Of a stretch of 64,000 nt of DNA, positions 1 through 10,097 are shown in pieces; position 1 is the first letter of the stretch, and each line of letters opens with the position of its first letter. Below the pieces are notes generated by a model that saw nothing but the letters and a program-made list of their open reading frames with translations, ran no database searches and had not been told where the DNA came from. The translations under genes and the position numbers were made by a program. Where the stretch lies: assembly GCA_946536225.1 (NCBI GenBank), contig CAMNEE010000002.1, positions 239,523 to 303,522 on the forward strand, read 5' to 3'. The DNA is from an uncultured Bacillales bacterium. GTDB taxonomy: Bacteria; Bacillota_I; Bacilli_A; RF39; UBA660.

Positions 1-1443
1 AAACAATTAGAAGAAAAAATACATAAATTACCATTTAGCTATTTTGATAAACGTCAAAGAGGAGAAATATTATCAATTGTTACAAATGATGTTGATACAA
101 TGCAAATGTGCTTTAATCAATCACTTACGCAAGCAATTACAAGTCTTACAACTGTAATAGGTATACTTGTTATGATGCTAACAATTAATGTTCCTATGAC
201 TTTCGTAGCACTTTTAATAATACCTATAAGTGTATTATTTGTAACTTTAATAATTAGAAGAAGTCAAAGATACTTTGCAAGTAATCAAGATAACCTAGGA
301 CATGTAAATGGTAGTATTGAAGAAATGTTCTCAGGTCATAATGTAGTTAAATCATTTAATGCTGAGGAACGTTTGCTAGCAGATTTTAGTAAACATAATA
401 AAGAGTTATTCACAACTGGTTGGAAGTCTCAATTCTATGGAGGCCTAATGCATCCTATCATGACTTCAATTGGTAACTTAGGATATGTTGCAATCGCAGT
501 AATAGGTGGTAATAACATCATACATGGAAATATCAATGTAGGTGATTTACAATCATTTATTACATATTCAAAAAACTTTACTCAACCAATTATTTCTCTT
601 GCTCAAGTCTTTAACCAAATTCAATCTATGGTTGCATCTGCTGAAAGAATATTTGCATTTTTAGGTGAAAAAGAAGAGAAATTTGATAAAGCAGTTGCAT
701 CAGTTGATGATATAGAAGGTAATGTTGAATTTAAACACGTAGCATTTGGTTATAGTAAAAATGTAAATGTTATTAAAGACTTTTCAGCTAAGATTAAAAA
801 GGGTGAAAAGGTTGCTATTGTTGGACCAACAGGTGCTGGTAAAACAACTATTGTTAAACTATTAATGCATTTCTATGATTTAACTTCAGGTGACATTATT
901 ATTGATGGTAACTCAATAAACGACTATGATGTAAAAGAACTAAGAAAGAGCATTTCTATGGTTCTTCAAGATACTTGGCTTTATAATGGTACAATAAAAG
1001 AAAACCTTAGATATGGTCGTCTTACTGCAACAGATGATGAAATCATTGAAGCAGCAAAGATTGCTAATGCAGATGACTTTATAAGAACTCTTCCAGATGG
1101 ATATGACACTATTATTGATGAAGATACTAGTAATATATCTCAAGGTCAAAAACAATTACTTACAATTGCAAGAGCAATATTAAGTAAATCTAAAGTATTG
1201 ATTCTTGATGAAGCAACTTCATCGGTAGATACAAGAACAGAAGAGTTAATTCAAGCATCCATGGATAAACTCATGGAAGGAAGAACTTCATTTATAATTG
1301 CTCATAGATTATCAACAATTAAAAATGCTGATTTAATTCTAGTAATGAATGAAGGAGATATTATAGAAAAAGGTACTCATGATGAGTTGTTAAAGAAAAA
1401 AGGTTTCTATGCAAATCTTTATAATTCTCAATTTGAAAAGTAG
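1..1443 (+). CDS. ABC transporter permease/ATP-binding protein, exporter type (MsbA/LmrA-like); 5' end lies outside the window
   Basis: The reading frame is open from nt 1. TM helices are followed by an NBD with Walker A GPTGAGKTT, signature ISQGQKQLL, Walker B ILDEATSSVD and H-loop IAHRLST. Confidence 0.9.
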   Translation, partial: KQLEEKIHKLPFSYFDKRQRGEILSIVTNDVDTMQMCFNQSLTQAITSLTTVIGILVMMLTINVPMTFVALLIIPISVLFVTLIIRRSQRYFASNQDNLGHVNGSIEEMFSGHNVVKSFNAEERLLADFSKHNKELFTTGWKSQFYGGLMHPIMTSIGNLGYVAIAVIGGNNIIHGNINVGDLQSFITYSKNFTQPIISLAQVFNQIQSMVASAERIFAFLGEKEEKFDKAVASVDDIEGNVEFKHVAFGYSKNVNVIKDFSAKIKKGEKVAIVGPTGAGKTTIVKLLMHFYDLTSGDIIIDGNSINDYDVKELRKSISMVLQDTWLYNGTIKENLRYGRLTATDDEIIEAAKIANADDFIRTLPDGYDTIIDEDTSNISQGQKQLLTIARAILSKSKVLILDEATSSVDTRTEELIQASMDKLMEGRTSFIIAHRLSTIKNADLILVMNEGDIIEKGTHDELLKKKGFYANLYNSQFEK

Positions 1444-1462
1444 GAGTAATCCTACTTTTTTC
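1440..1462 (+). terminator. Rho-independent terminator after the ABC transporter gene
   Basis: Hairpin gtagga-gtaa-tcctac followed by a T6 run. Confidence 0.6.
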
Positions 1463-1510
1463 TAGATTAATTTAAAGTTGATAGATACAATAAAAGAGAG
1501 GGAGAAGCAT

Positions 1511-1951
1511 ATGAAAAAAATAGTAATAGGAGAAATATTTAAAGACAAAAAACATGGTTTTAGAGAAACTTCATTTGGACTATATGCTAAAGATGGAAAA
1601 GTATTAGTTACTTTTGATAAAAAGCATAACCAATATACTTTTATTGGTGGTGGTGTTGATGAAGGAGAAACTAAGCACGAATCTTTAAGAAGAGAATTCC
1701 TTGAAGAAGTAGGTATGAAGATTAAACATATTAAACATTTTATTACAATTGATTGTTTTTGGTTAGCAGGTGGAGATTATCCAATGGAGTCTCTTGCTAA
1801 CTTTTATACAATAGAAATTGATAAAACTTTAGATATAGAAAAAGAAGGTAATTATGAATTTATTGATATAGATAAAGTAGATTTACCACTTCCTTATCAT
1901 AAAAAAGCATTAGAACTATTTAAAGATTATTTAAAACAAAAAAAATATTGA
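1511..1951 (+). CDS. NUDIX hydrolase
   Basis: Nudix box GGGVDEGETKHESLRREFLEEVG (GX5EX7REUXEEXGU). RBS gagggag precedes the ATG at 1511. Confidence 0.8.
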   Translation: MKKIVIGEIFKDKKHGFRETSFGLYAKDGKVLVTFDKKHNQYTFIGGGVDEGETKHESLRREFLEEVGMKIKHIKHFITIDCFWLAGGDYPMESLANFYTIEIDKTLDIEKEGNYEFIDIDKVDLPLPYHKKALELFKDYLKQKKY

Positions 1952-1954
1952 AGA

Positions 1955-3640
1955 TTATTCTTCAATATTTTTATTTACTTCCATTACAACAGGTAAAATC
2001 ATAGGTCTTCTACCAGTTACTTTATTTATATACATACTTAATTCTAGAATAACTAAATTCTTTAAATCAGTAATATTAGCTTTATTCTTTAAAGCATTAT
2101 TAACTATTTCAGTTACTTTATTTTCAATATCTTTTATTAATGATTGATTTTCATTAACAAGTACAAAACCTCTAGTTGTAATATTAGGTTTAATAATAAG
2201 TGAATGATCTTTTTTATTTAAGTTAAGAATAGTAACTAAAATACCATCCTTACTCATAATCTTTCTATCTTTTAATACAACAGAACCAACTTCACCAATT
2301 CTTGAACCATCTACATAAACAGTAGCAGCTTGAACTCTACCATGTCTTCTTACTGTTCCATCTTTTTCAATTGCAATAACAGAACCATTTTCACATAAGA
2401 ATGAATGATCTTCAGGTACATCACATTGTTTAGCAAGTTCAATATGTTGTTTAAGCATTCTATATTCACCATGAATAGGCATAAAGTATTCAGGTTTTAA
2501 TAATCTTAACATCCATTGTAATTCACCAGCTCTTGCATGTCCTGATGTATGAAGTGATTCATCATCTTCATTTGTATAAACTTTAACACCTTTTAGGTAT
2601 AGCTTGTTAATTACATAATTAACAGATGCTCTATTACCTGGAATAGGGTTAGAACTAAATACTATTACATCATCTGGTAAAAGTTTAACTTGCTTATGAG
2701 TACCAGCAGCAATTCTTGATAAAGCTGCAAGTGGTTCTCCTTGTGAACCAGTACATAAAATAATATATTCATGTTTCTTTAAGTTTCTTGCAGCATTCAT
2801 ATCTATGAATATAGTTGGATCAGTAAGTAGTCCGTTTTTAAGAGCAATCTCTTTTGCATTTTCCATGGATCTACCAAATACAACAATCTTTCTATTGTTT
2901 TCTCTACAAGTTTCAACAATATGTTTAATTCTATAGATATTAGATGCAAATGTAGCAAGAATAATTCTGCTCGTTTGTTCTTTAGCAAATACATTTCCTA
3001 GTGCTTGGTCAACAACTGATTCAGAAGCAGAGAATCCAGGAATAAGCGCATTTGTTGATTCACTTAATAATAATTTAACACCCTCAGATCCTAATTTTGC
3101 CATCTTATGAATATCAGCCATAGGTCCAACTGGAGTTAAGTCAAATTTAAAGTCACCTGTATGTACAATATTACCATATGGAGTATGAATAACTATTGCA
3201 TAACTATCAGGAATAGAGTGAGTAGTATTTATAAAATCTACAGAAAAATGTTTAAATTTTAATTCTGTATCTTTATTAAAAGCCTCTAAGTTACTACTAG
3301 GTAAATTTCTATCTTCTAGTTTCTTAATAATTAAATCACAAGCAATCTGTGGAGCATATATCTTAGGTACATTAATATTATTAAGTAAGAAAGGTATACC
3401 TCCTATATGATCTTCATGTCCATGTGTAATAATAAGTGCTTTGACTTTATCTTCATTTTGTTTTAAATAAGTAACATCTTGTATAACATAATCAATACCA
3501 AGTTCATCATTCTCTGGAAACATAACACCACAGTCAATGATGATTATTTCATCTTTATGTTCAATACAATACATATTTTTTCCGACTTCACCTAAGCCTC
3601 CAAGGGCATAAACGGCTACAATGTCGTCTTTATTTTTCAT
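1955..3640 (-). CDS. rnjA: Ribonuclease J (metallo-beta-lactamase/beta-CASP), canonical copy
   Basis: Motifs HGHEDH, HTSGHA and PIHGEY are intact. RBS aggagg precedes the ATG at 3640, so the ORF track's upstream start at 3694 is probably an overextension. Confidence 0.85.
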   Translation of the reverse strand: MKNKDDIVAVYALGGLGEVGKNMYCIEHKDEIIIIDCGVMFPENDELGIDYVIQDVTYLKQNEDKVKALIITHGHEDHIGGIPFLLNNINVPKIYAPQIACDLIIKKLEDRNLPSSNLEAFNKDTELKFKHFSVDFINTTHSIPDSYAIVIHTPYGNIVHTGDFKFDLTPVGPMADIHKMAKLGSEGVKLLLSESTNALIPGFSASESVVDQALGNVFAKEQTSRIILATFASNIYRIKHIVETCRENNRKIVVFGRSMENAKEIALKNGLLTDPTIFIDMNAARNLKKHEYIILCTGSQGEPLAALSRIAAGTHKQVKLLPDDVIVFSSNPIPGNRASVNYVINKLYLKGVKVYTNEDDESLHTSGHARAGELQWMLRLLKPEYFMPIHGEYRMLKQHIELAKQCDVPEDHSFLCENGSVIAIEKDGTVRRHGRVQAATVYVDGSRIGEVGSVVLKDRKIMSKDGILVTILNLNKKDHSLIIKPNITTRGFVLVNENQSLIKDIENKVTEIVNNALKNKANITDLKNLVILELSMYINKVTGRRPMILPVVMEVNKNIEE

Positions 3641-3805
3641 GTATAATTCCTCCTCGTTAAAAAATAAAAAATTATAGAAGCTTTTTTCGAACACAATAAT
3701 AATACTACAAAATAAGTAAAAAGTCCAATCATATAACTATAATTAACATTTATTTATCTTTGCATTACAAATAATAATAATTTATAATATTCATTAGGTG
3801 AGACT

Positions 3806-5050
3806 ATGAAAAAGAGAAACATCTTGCTAATGATTCTAATAATCATTGCATTGATTATATATATTGTTAACCCATTTGAAGTAGATATACCAGTAATTGG
3901 ATTTAAAAAGACTTCAGATATCGTAGAAACTTTAAAATTAAATGATAAAAAATTAACGGTTACTTATTTTAAAGGGGATATGATTGATGAAGAAATATCT
4001 TTTAATAATACATTTGAAAAACTAATAAGTATTAAGAATAAAAATAAAGAAACAGTATCTTATTCAATTAATTTATCTGAGTCAGCTATATCAGATGAAA
4101 AACTAGTATTTTCACTTTTATTTTCTTCTAAAAAGGAAGGACCATATACTGATGTTATAACTGACAAAAGTATATCAGGAGATTATAGTTTAAAATATAA
4201 CTTAGGAATAGAAGCAGGTAAGACTCAATATTTAAAAATAATATTTAAGTCTCTAAATGAAGTAGAAACTACTAAGTTAAAGGGTAAGATTTCTATTAAT
4301 AATAACTTAACTAAAAAAGATGTATTTCATAATAACTTAGCAGATACATATCATGCAGTAGAAAAGAAGATTGATTCTTTAAATGGAATTCGTTATCCTG
4401 GTTTTTACATGACTGATGTTAAAAACTTTAATTTAGAAGACTCTGATCTATCAGGATATGTATTACTTGATGCAACTGATATATCTAATATAAGTTATTA
4501 TTTCACAGTTTATAATGACTCATATATGTTATTTAAATACTTATACAATAATGCTTTTTCTAAGAATGATATAAGAGATCTTGATTATGGTGTACTTGGT
4601 AACTTAGACTTTGCATCAGTATGTGCATCATACACAAAAAAAGGATGCTCAGATATCATGAATTTACCAGTTAATACTGATGGATCTAAAAAAGACTTTA
4701 AAGAAGAAGTTGATAAAATATATGAAGAAGCAAAAACAAACTTTGATACAAGTAACAAATCAATAGTTATTTATAATGTAGAAACTGACCTTAGTAATAC
4801 ATATGGATTACGTGGATATATTTTAATTAAGAATGATGGAGAAACACCTGAATATTATTTATATTTAACTAACGATATATTCATGATAGCAGGTTATAAT
4901 ATTACTAAACTTGGTGATTTTGATTCATCATCAACTGCTATAAGAGCATATCTACCAAGTACTTGGCAAGTATCAGCTTCTTCTCCAAGTACAGTATGTT
5001 CATTCACTGGATTATCAGGTTGCAAAGATAAATCAGGTAACTATATTTAA
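3806..5050 (+). CDS. Hypothetical N-terminally anchored or secreted protein (414 aa)
   Basis: N-terminal hydrophobic segment LLMILIIIALIIYIV. The rest is Asn/Ser/Tyr-rich and has no recognisable catalytic motif. Confidence 0.5.
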   Translation: MKKRNILLMILIIIALIIYIVNPFEVDIPVIGFKKTSDIVETLKLNDKKLTVTYFKGDMIDEEISFNNTFEKLISIKNKNKETVSYSINLSESAISDEKLVFSLLFSSKKEGPYTDVITDKSISGDYSLKYNLGIEAGKTQYLKIIFKSLNEVETTKLKGKISINNNLTKKDVFHNNLADTYHAVEKKIDSLNGIRYPGFYMTDVKNFNLEDSDLSGYVLLDATDISNISYYFTVYNDSYMLFKYLYNNAFSKNDIRDLDYGVLGNLDFASVCASYTKKGCSDIMNLPVNTDGSKKDFKEEVDKIYEEAKTNFDTSNKSIVIYNVETDLSNTYGLRGYILIKNDGETPEYYLYLTNDIFMIAGYNITKLGDFDSSSTAIRAYLPSTWQVSASSPSTVCSFTGLSGCKDKSGNYI

Positions 5051-5097
5051 AACAATTTCTTTTAATGTTATAATTTAAGAAAGAAAGGTGAATTAAA

Positions 5098-5622
5098 ATG
5101 GAATTTGATAACTTAACTCAAAAACTATATAAAGAAAATTTCAACTGGGTATATTCCATTATTAAAGACCTTGATAAAAAGGGTATAGAATGTAAAGAAA
5201 AATTTACTAAAGACCCATATGTTTTAAACAATGTAATTGTATTAGGTTATTATTTTATGAATTTATTTATAGCATCAAATGATGACTATGATACAGAAGA
5301 ACGTAATAAAATAATGTCTTCGGTTACAACTGGTGCAAGTTCATATAATCAAAAAGAATTAACACGTATTTATAACACTACTATAGATTTAAATAGAATA
5401 GTAGAAGATTATAATTCTATCGTTAGAAAAACTAAGTTGTATTCTAAAGAAGATGGTAATAAAGCAAGAATAGTTGCTATAGATGAAGTATATAGAAGAA
5501 TATATCAAACAGTAAATAGAAGACACTTATTAGTCTTCAATAGAGTATTTATAGGTTCATATAAAGAATATGAATCGAGAATAGCAACAATAATTAATAG
5601 AGAATTGAAAGAGGAAAAATAG
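5098..5622 (+). CDS. Hypothetical soluble protein (174 aa)
   Basis: Clean ORF with an RBS aaggtg. I recognise no motifs. Confidence 0.45.
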   Translation: MEFDNLTQKLYKENFNWVYSIIKDLDKKGIECKEKFTKDPYVLNNVIVLGYYFMNLFIASNDDYDTEERNKIMSSVTTGASSYNQKELTRIYNTTIDLNRIVEDYNSIVRKTKLYSKEDGNKARIVAIDEVYRRIYQTVNRRHLLVFNRVFIGSYKEYESRIATIINRELKEEK

Positions 5623-6072
5623 ATGGTATCAGATGAGAAAGTAAAACAAATAATTAGTTCCTTAAAAGAATCAAATGTTTATAACTTTGATGATGGACAA
5701 TTCAAAGAATTATTATCTCTTTTAAATGTCCTAGAACTAGAACTATTTAAGAATACTTTAAAAGAAACTAATGAGAACGATATTTTAAATAAATATTTAT
5801 CACTTGAAAGTGATATTCTAAATACTATTCATGAAAAGTTAAATACTTTAGATGATACTGAATTAGTATCTTTATTTAAAGCATCTTTATTAACTAATAA
5901 GTATGTAGAATATTTAAGTGCTTTAGGTGTACCTGATTTACAAACAATTAGATTTTATATCTCTAATAAAGTAAATGTAGAAAACAAAGATAATTTAAAT
6001 GGTACTATTAAATTAAATAGAATAATATCTAAGTTGTTAAAAGAAAAAGAAACACATAAGTTTGAATTTTAA
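5623..6072 (+). CDS. Hypothetical helical protein (149 aa)
   Basis: The ATG at 5623 directly abuts the upstream stop (TAGATG), so the two genes appear translationally coupled. Confidence 0.45.
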   Translation: MVSDEKVKQIISSLKESNVYNFDDGQFKELLSLLNVLELELFKNTLKETNENDILNKYLSLESDILNTIHEKLNTLDDTELVSLFKASLLTNKYVEYLSALGVPDLQTIRFYISNKVNVENKDNLNGTIKLNRIISKLLKEKETHKFEF

Positions 6073-6097
6073 GAATAGAGAAGTCTATTCTTTTTTT
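6072..6097 (+). terminator. Rho-independent terminator
   Basis: agaatagag-aagt-ctattct followed by a T7 run. Confidence 0.6.
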
Positions 6098-6103
6098 AAA
6101 GAC

Positions 6104-6134
6104 AAAAAAATAAGACTTTAATAAGTCTTATTTT
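6104..6134 (-). terminator. Rho-independent terminator of rpsD (minus strand)
   Basis: aagactt-taat-aagtctt, with the T-run read on the minus strand. Confidence 0.55.
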
Positions 6135-6135
6135 A

Positions 6136-6738
6136 TTATCTGTTGTAGAATTCAACGATTAATGCTTCATTAATTTCTGCTGATAATTCAGATCTTTCTG
6201 GATATCTTACGAAAGTACCAGTTAATTTCTTAGAATCAAATTCAACAAATGGAGCAACAGTAGTGTTAGCTTCGATTGAATTTTTAATAACTGGATGTTC
6301 TAAAGATCTTTCTTTAACAGTAATAACATCACCAGGTGTTAATTCGTATGAAGGAATGTCTACTTTAGAACCATTTACTAAAATGTGTCCATGGTTAACT
6401 AATTGTCTAGAAGCTCTTCTAGTTGGAGCCATTCCCATTCTATATACAACATTGTCTAATCTAGCTTCAAGTAATTTTAAGAAGTTTTCACCATGAACAC
6501 CTTTCATCTTAGCTGCTTTTTGGAATAATCTCTTAAATTGCTTTTCAGTTAAACCATACATAAATCTTACTTTTTGTTTTTCATTTAATTGGATTCCGTA
6601 TTCAGAAGCTTTAGCTCTTCTTCCAGTTCCATGTTGACCTGGAGCATAAGCTCTTTTAGCTAAATCTTTTCCGTTTTCTAATGTAGAAAAACCATATCTT
6701 CTAGATTTTTTGTATGCAGGACCAGTATATCTTGCCAT
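6136..6738 (-). CDS. rpsD: 30S ribosomal protein S4
   Basis: [18 protein letters not shown]... is the classic S4 N-terminus and S4 RNA-binding domain. Confidence 0.95.
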   Translation of the reverse strand: MARYTGPAYKKSRRYGFSTLENGKDLAKRAYAPGQHGTGRRAKASEYGIQLNEKQKVRFMYGLTEKQFKRLFQKAAKMKGVHGENFLKLLEARLDNVVYRMGMAPTRRASRQLVNHGHILVNGSKVDIPSYELTPGDVITVKERSLEHPVIKNSIEANTTVAPFVEFDSKKLTGTFVRYPERSELSAEINEALIVEFYNR

Positions 6739-6960
6739 TTAATATTCTCCTTTCTATTAATATCATAGTAAGGAAGTTTATCTTTCTACTAGGGTGTTTA
6801 ATAACTCGTTCCCTTAAGGCAGTCTTAAGTTACTAGATTATTTCAATTAAACGCATTAATAGTTAGAAAAAACCACTGCCATAACTACGCAATTAGTAAT
6901 ATACACTGAAAAGCCCGAAAAGTCAAACGATTTAAGGATATTTTATATGTTTTTATCTAA
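6739..6960 (-). promoter_or_regulatory. Long 5' leader of rpsD (putative S4 autoregulatory leader)
   Basis: About 200 nt of non-coding sequence upstream of rpsD on the minus strand. In Bacillus-type Firmicutes, S4 binds its own leader. The structure was not resolved here. Confidence 0.35.
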
Positions 6961-7039
6961 TCATTTATTCTTAAACTATATAGAAAATAAAAATACCTTA
7001 TGATAAAATTAATAATAGAAGAATGTAGGGTGATAAAAA

Positions 7040-9454
7040 ATGGCTAATCTACAAGAACATTTTCAAATGGATTATCGCGGAATACTTCCACCTGTTAATA
7101 GTATTATTAAAGGTAAAAAATATAGAATAACTATATTATCAGAGTTGCTTATTAGACTAGAATATTCTGAAACAGGTGAATTCGAAGATAGACCAACTGA
7201 ACTTGTAATGTCTAGAAAGTTTCCAAGCGTTAAATTTGAAGCAAAAGATGATAATACTTTCTTAACAGTATCTACGTCTTATTTCACACTTTTCTATAGA
7301 AAAGAAATGCCTTTTGAAGGAACTAAGCTATCACCTGATTCAAATTTGAAAATAGAACTTAAGAATACAGATAAAGTATGGTATTACCATCATCCTGAAG
7401 TAAGAAACTTTGGAGGTTCTGCTTATTCGCTTGATGGCTTAGGTGGAACTGGTAAACTAAAAGTTGAAAGAGGACTTTATAGTGTAGATGGATTTGTATC
7501 TCTTGATGATTCGACTTCACTTATCTTTAATGAAGATGGATCTCTTGGTAAGAGAAATGATACAAGAATAGATACTTATGTATTCATGTATAGAAGAGAC
7601 TTTGGTGCATGTCTTAAGGATTACTTTACTTTAACGGGTTATCCACCTTTAATACCAAGATATGCTCTAGGTAACTGGTGGAATAGAAATATAGAATATA
7701 ATTCCAAAGGAATTGAAATGCTTATTCATAAATTCACTAAGAATAGAATTCCAGTTTCAGTTATTATGCTAGGTGACCATTGGCATAGAAAAAATCCTAA
7801 GATGAAGTCAGGTCTTTCATTTGATGAAACATTATTTAAAAGACCTAAGAGAATGACAGACTTCTTACATGGTAGAAATGTAAGATTAGCTGTTAAAATA
7901 AATCCATCAGAAGGTATTAGTCCTAAAGAAGACTATTATCTTCCATTTAAAGCATCATCTGGCTTACAAGATAATGGAGTACTTCCATTTAATGTATTTA
8001 ACGTTAATGTCCTAAGTGCATATTTTGATTATTTTATTCATCCTCTTATGAACTATGGAGTAGACTTCTTTTGGTTAGATTATAATAATATTAATGATTT
8101 AACTACTTTAAGAGCATTAACTCATTATCACTTTAATGATTTTAAACAAATAGTAAATAGAAGAGGAATAGTATTTGCAAGAAATGCTTTAAAAGCACCT
8201 CATAGATATCCAATTCATTATACAGGTCAAACCGCTGTATCATGGAAGAACTTAGAAGTACTACCACATTTTAATGCTCAAGCATCAAATATAGGTGTAT
8301 CATGGATATCAAATGATATAGGTGGTTTCTATGATGGAACAGAAGATGGTGAATTATTTGCAAGATTCGTTCAATTTGGATGTTTCTCACCAATACTTCG
8401 ATTAGCAGCAGATGAAGGAAGATATTATAAAAGAGAACCATGGAAATGGGATATTGAAACTCAAGCTATAGTATCTAAGTATTTACTTCTAAGACATGAG
8501 TTAATACCTTATCTTTATAGTGAAGCATATAGATATCATAAAGTAGGTCTTCCATTAGTAGAACCTCTTTATTATCAAAATCCAGAAATATATGATGAAC
8601 CAGCATATAAGAATGAATATTACTTTGGATCTTCATTATTAGTTGCCCCAATTACAACTAAATCAGATCCACTAATGAATAGATCAATTGTTAAACTTGC
8701 ACTACCAGAAGGTGTCTGGTATGACTTCTTAACAGGTAAAAAATTTACAGGTGGAAGAAGATATACAACATTCTATAAAGACGAAGATTACCCAGTATTT
8801 GCAAGAGCAGGAACAATCATTCCTATGGCAATACTTGATGAAAATGATTTAAATAATACTGATGCTCCAAGAAATATGGAAATACAAGTATTCCCAGGAG
8901 ACTCTTGTACATATGAATTATATGAAGATGATGGTATAAGCTCTTTATATGAAAAAGACTTCTATATTTTAACTGAAATAGATTATGTTTATCAAAAGAG
9001 TAATGTAACTATTTCTATTAGACCTGTAGCAGGTAAAAGTGGTATTATCCCACCTTATAGAAGTTATAGATTAAGATTTAGAAATATGAATGAACCATCT
9101 CAAATAAGTATTACATGTGGTACAGATAAGATTAAAGAAACAGATTCATATTTAGATGATAATGACTTTGTAATTGAATTACCTCCACTTACAACATTAA
9201 AACAAATAACAGTTAACTGTAAGGGTGATAATATTGAATTTGATGCAGGTCGTCTAATTAATGATGACTTAGAATCTATTTTAAATGACCTACCAATTGC
9301 AACTAAAGTTAAAAATACAATTGGTGAAATACTAATGAGTAATTCATCTATTCAAGAAAAACGTATAGCAGTAAGAAAGTTATCTAAGATAGGACTAAAT
9401 CCTAAATATGTAACTTTATTCTTAAAACTACTTGAATATATGGCTGAAGTATAA
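7040..9454 (+). CDS. Glycoside hydrolase family 31-like alpha-glucosidase/alpha-xylosidase (804 aa)
   Basis: GH31-like segments FWLDYNNIND and GDHWHRKNP, and a large beta-sandwich C-terminus. Confidence 0.55.
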   Translation: MANLQEHFQMDYRGILPPVNSIIKGKKYRITILSELLIRLEYSETGEFEDRPTELVMSRKFPSVKFEAKDDNTFLTVSTSYFTLFYRKEMPFEGTKLSPDSNLKIELKNTDKVWYYHHPEVRNFGGSAYSLDGLGGTGKLKVERGLYSVDGFVSLDDSTSLIFNEDGSLGKRNDTRIDTYVFMYRRDFGACLKDYFTLTGYPPLIPRYALGNWWNRNIEYNSKGIEMLIHKFTKNRIPVSVIMLGDHWHRKNPKMKSGLSFDETLFKRPKRMTDFLHGRNVRLAVKINPSEGISPKEDYYLPFKASSGLQDNGVLPFNVFNVNVLSAYFDYFIHPLMNYGVDFFWLDYNNINDLTTLRALTHYHFNDFKQIVNRRGIVFARNALKAPHRYPIHYTGQTAVSWKNLEVLPHFNAQASNIGVSWISNDIGGFYDGTEDGELFARFVQFGCFSPILRLAADEGRYYKREPWKWDIETQAIVSKYLLLRHELIPYLYSEAYRYHKVGLPLVEPLYYQNPEIYDEPAYKNEYYFGSSLLVAPITTKSDPLMNRSIVKLALPEGVWYDFLTGKKFTGGRRYTTFYKDEDYPVFARAGTIIPMAILDENDLNNTDAPRNMEIQVFPGDSCTYELYEDDGISSLYEKDFYILTEIDYVYQKSNVTISIRPVAGKSGIIPPYRSYRLRFRNMNEPSQISITCGTDKIKETDSYLDDNDFVIELPPLTTLKQITVNCKGDNIEFDAGRLINDDLESILNDLPIATKVKNTIGEILMSNSSIQEKRIAVRKLSKIGLNPKYVTLFLKLLEYMAEV

Positions 9455-9493
9455 GAAGGAAAGTAATATTCCTTCTTTTATTATAAAAAAATG

Positions 9494-9522
9494 TTGAAAA
9501 AAAGCCCTTAAGTGTGTATAAT
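9494..9522 (+). promoter_or_regulatory. Sigma-A-type promoter of the leuS T-box leader
   Basis: TTGAAA (9494-9499), 17-nt spacer, TATAAT (9517-9522) with TGTG immediately upstream. Confidence 0.55.
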
Positions 9523-9720
9523 CAATTTCAAGCAAGTGATAAAAAAGTAGTAGTAAATTAGATACTTCAAAGAGAGTTAACGGTTGGTGTAAGTTAATAA
9601 GTGGAGATTTATGAACTTGTTTTTTGATGTGTTAGGGTGAACCCTTTACAGTTCATATAAGTAAAAATTAAGGTGGTACCACGGTCTCTCGTCCTTTGGA
9701 TGAGGGATCTTTTTATTTTT
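9523..9720 (+). promoter_or_regulatory. T-box riboswitch leader (presumed Leu-specific) with intrinsic terminator
   Basis: AGAGA motif in the stem I region. T-box sequence aattaaGGTGGTACCacgg at 9667-9684. Terminator ggtctctcgtcc/ggatgagggatc followed by a T-run at 9683-9720. Confidence 0.8.
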
Positions 9721-9731
9721 AAGGAGGATTT

Positions 9732-10097
9732 ATGAAATTATTAGGTTATTTAGTACTGTTTATGATTTTTTATTTAGCAATATTTGTAGTAGCAAGAATT
9801 ATTACAGTTATTAAATATAAAAGAAAAGGTTTAGAAAAAGAAACATCTGTTCCTATTAAATATATAGAGAATAGATTTAAACTTAAACTCGGAGAGAGAA
9901 AAAAGAAAAAAGTAAGATTAATAATTGATATTATTAATTCATTTGCATTTACTTTACCTATTTATATTAAAGCCTTCTTTGATTTAAAAATGAGTATGGT
10001 AACTGAATATGCAATGTTAGTTGGTATATTCTCCGTTATAGTTCTCGGAGGATATACTATTTTAGGAAAAGTTTTGAAGAGAAAGGATGAAGAGTAA
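9732..10097 (+). CDS. Small membrane protein (121 aa) inside the T-box-leuS transcription unit
   Basis: RBS aaggagg. Three predicted TM segments. The TAA stop overlaps the leuS ATG (TAATG). Confidence 0.6.
   Translation: MKLLGYLVLFMIFYLAIFVVARIITVIKYKRKGLEKETSVPIKYIENRFKLKLGERKKKKVRLIIDIINSFAFTLPIYIKAFFDLKMSMVTEYAMLVGIFSVIVLGGYTILGKVLKRKDEE

Noticed and set aside
940-1155. Antisense ORF inside the ABC transporter gene
   Set aside because: Embedded in a well-supported conserved gene on the opposite strand. Such ORFs are typical AT-rich spurious calls with low-complexity composition. The same reasoning applies to the other antisense ORFs in the track: 2803-2994, 6263-6496, 10191-10388, 11553-11735, 13037-13219, 17905-18144, 20022-20240, 20459-20677, 22792-23121, 23367-23591, 25452-25685, 26122-26346, 30596-30817, 32067-32276, 33784-33984, 34834-35037, 35271-35465, 36396-36662, 36732-36920, 37673-38098, 39635-39832, 39857-40129, 48225-48482, 50786-51103, 53290-53496, 54710-54895, 57493-57690, 59363-59578, 59651-59839, 62470-62691 and 62885-63067.
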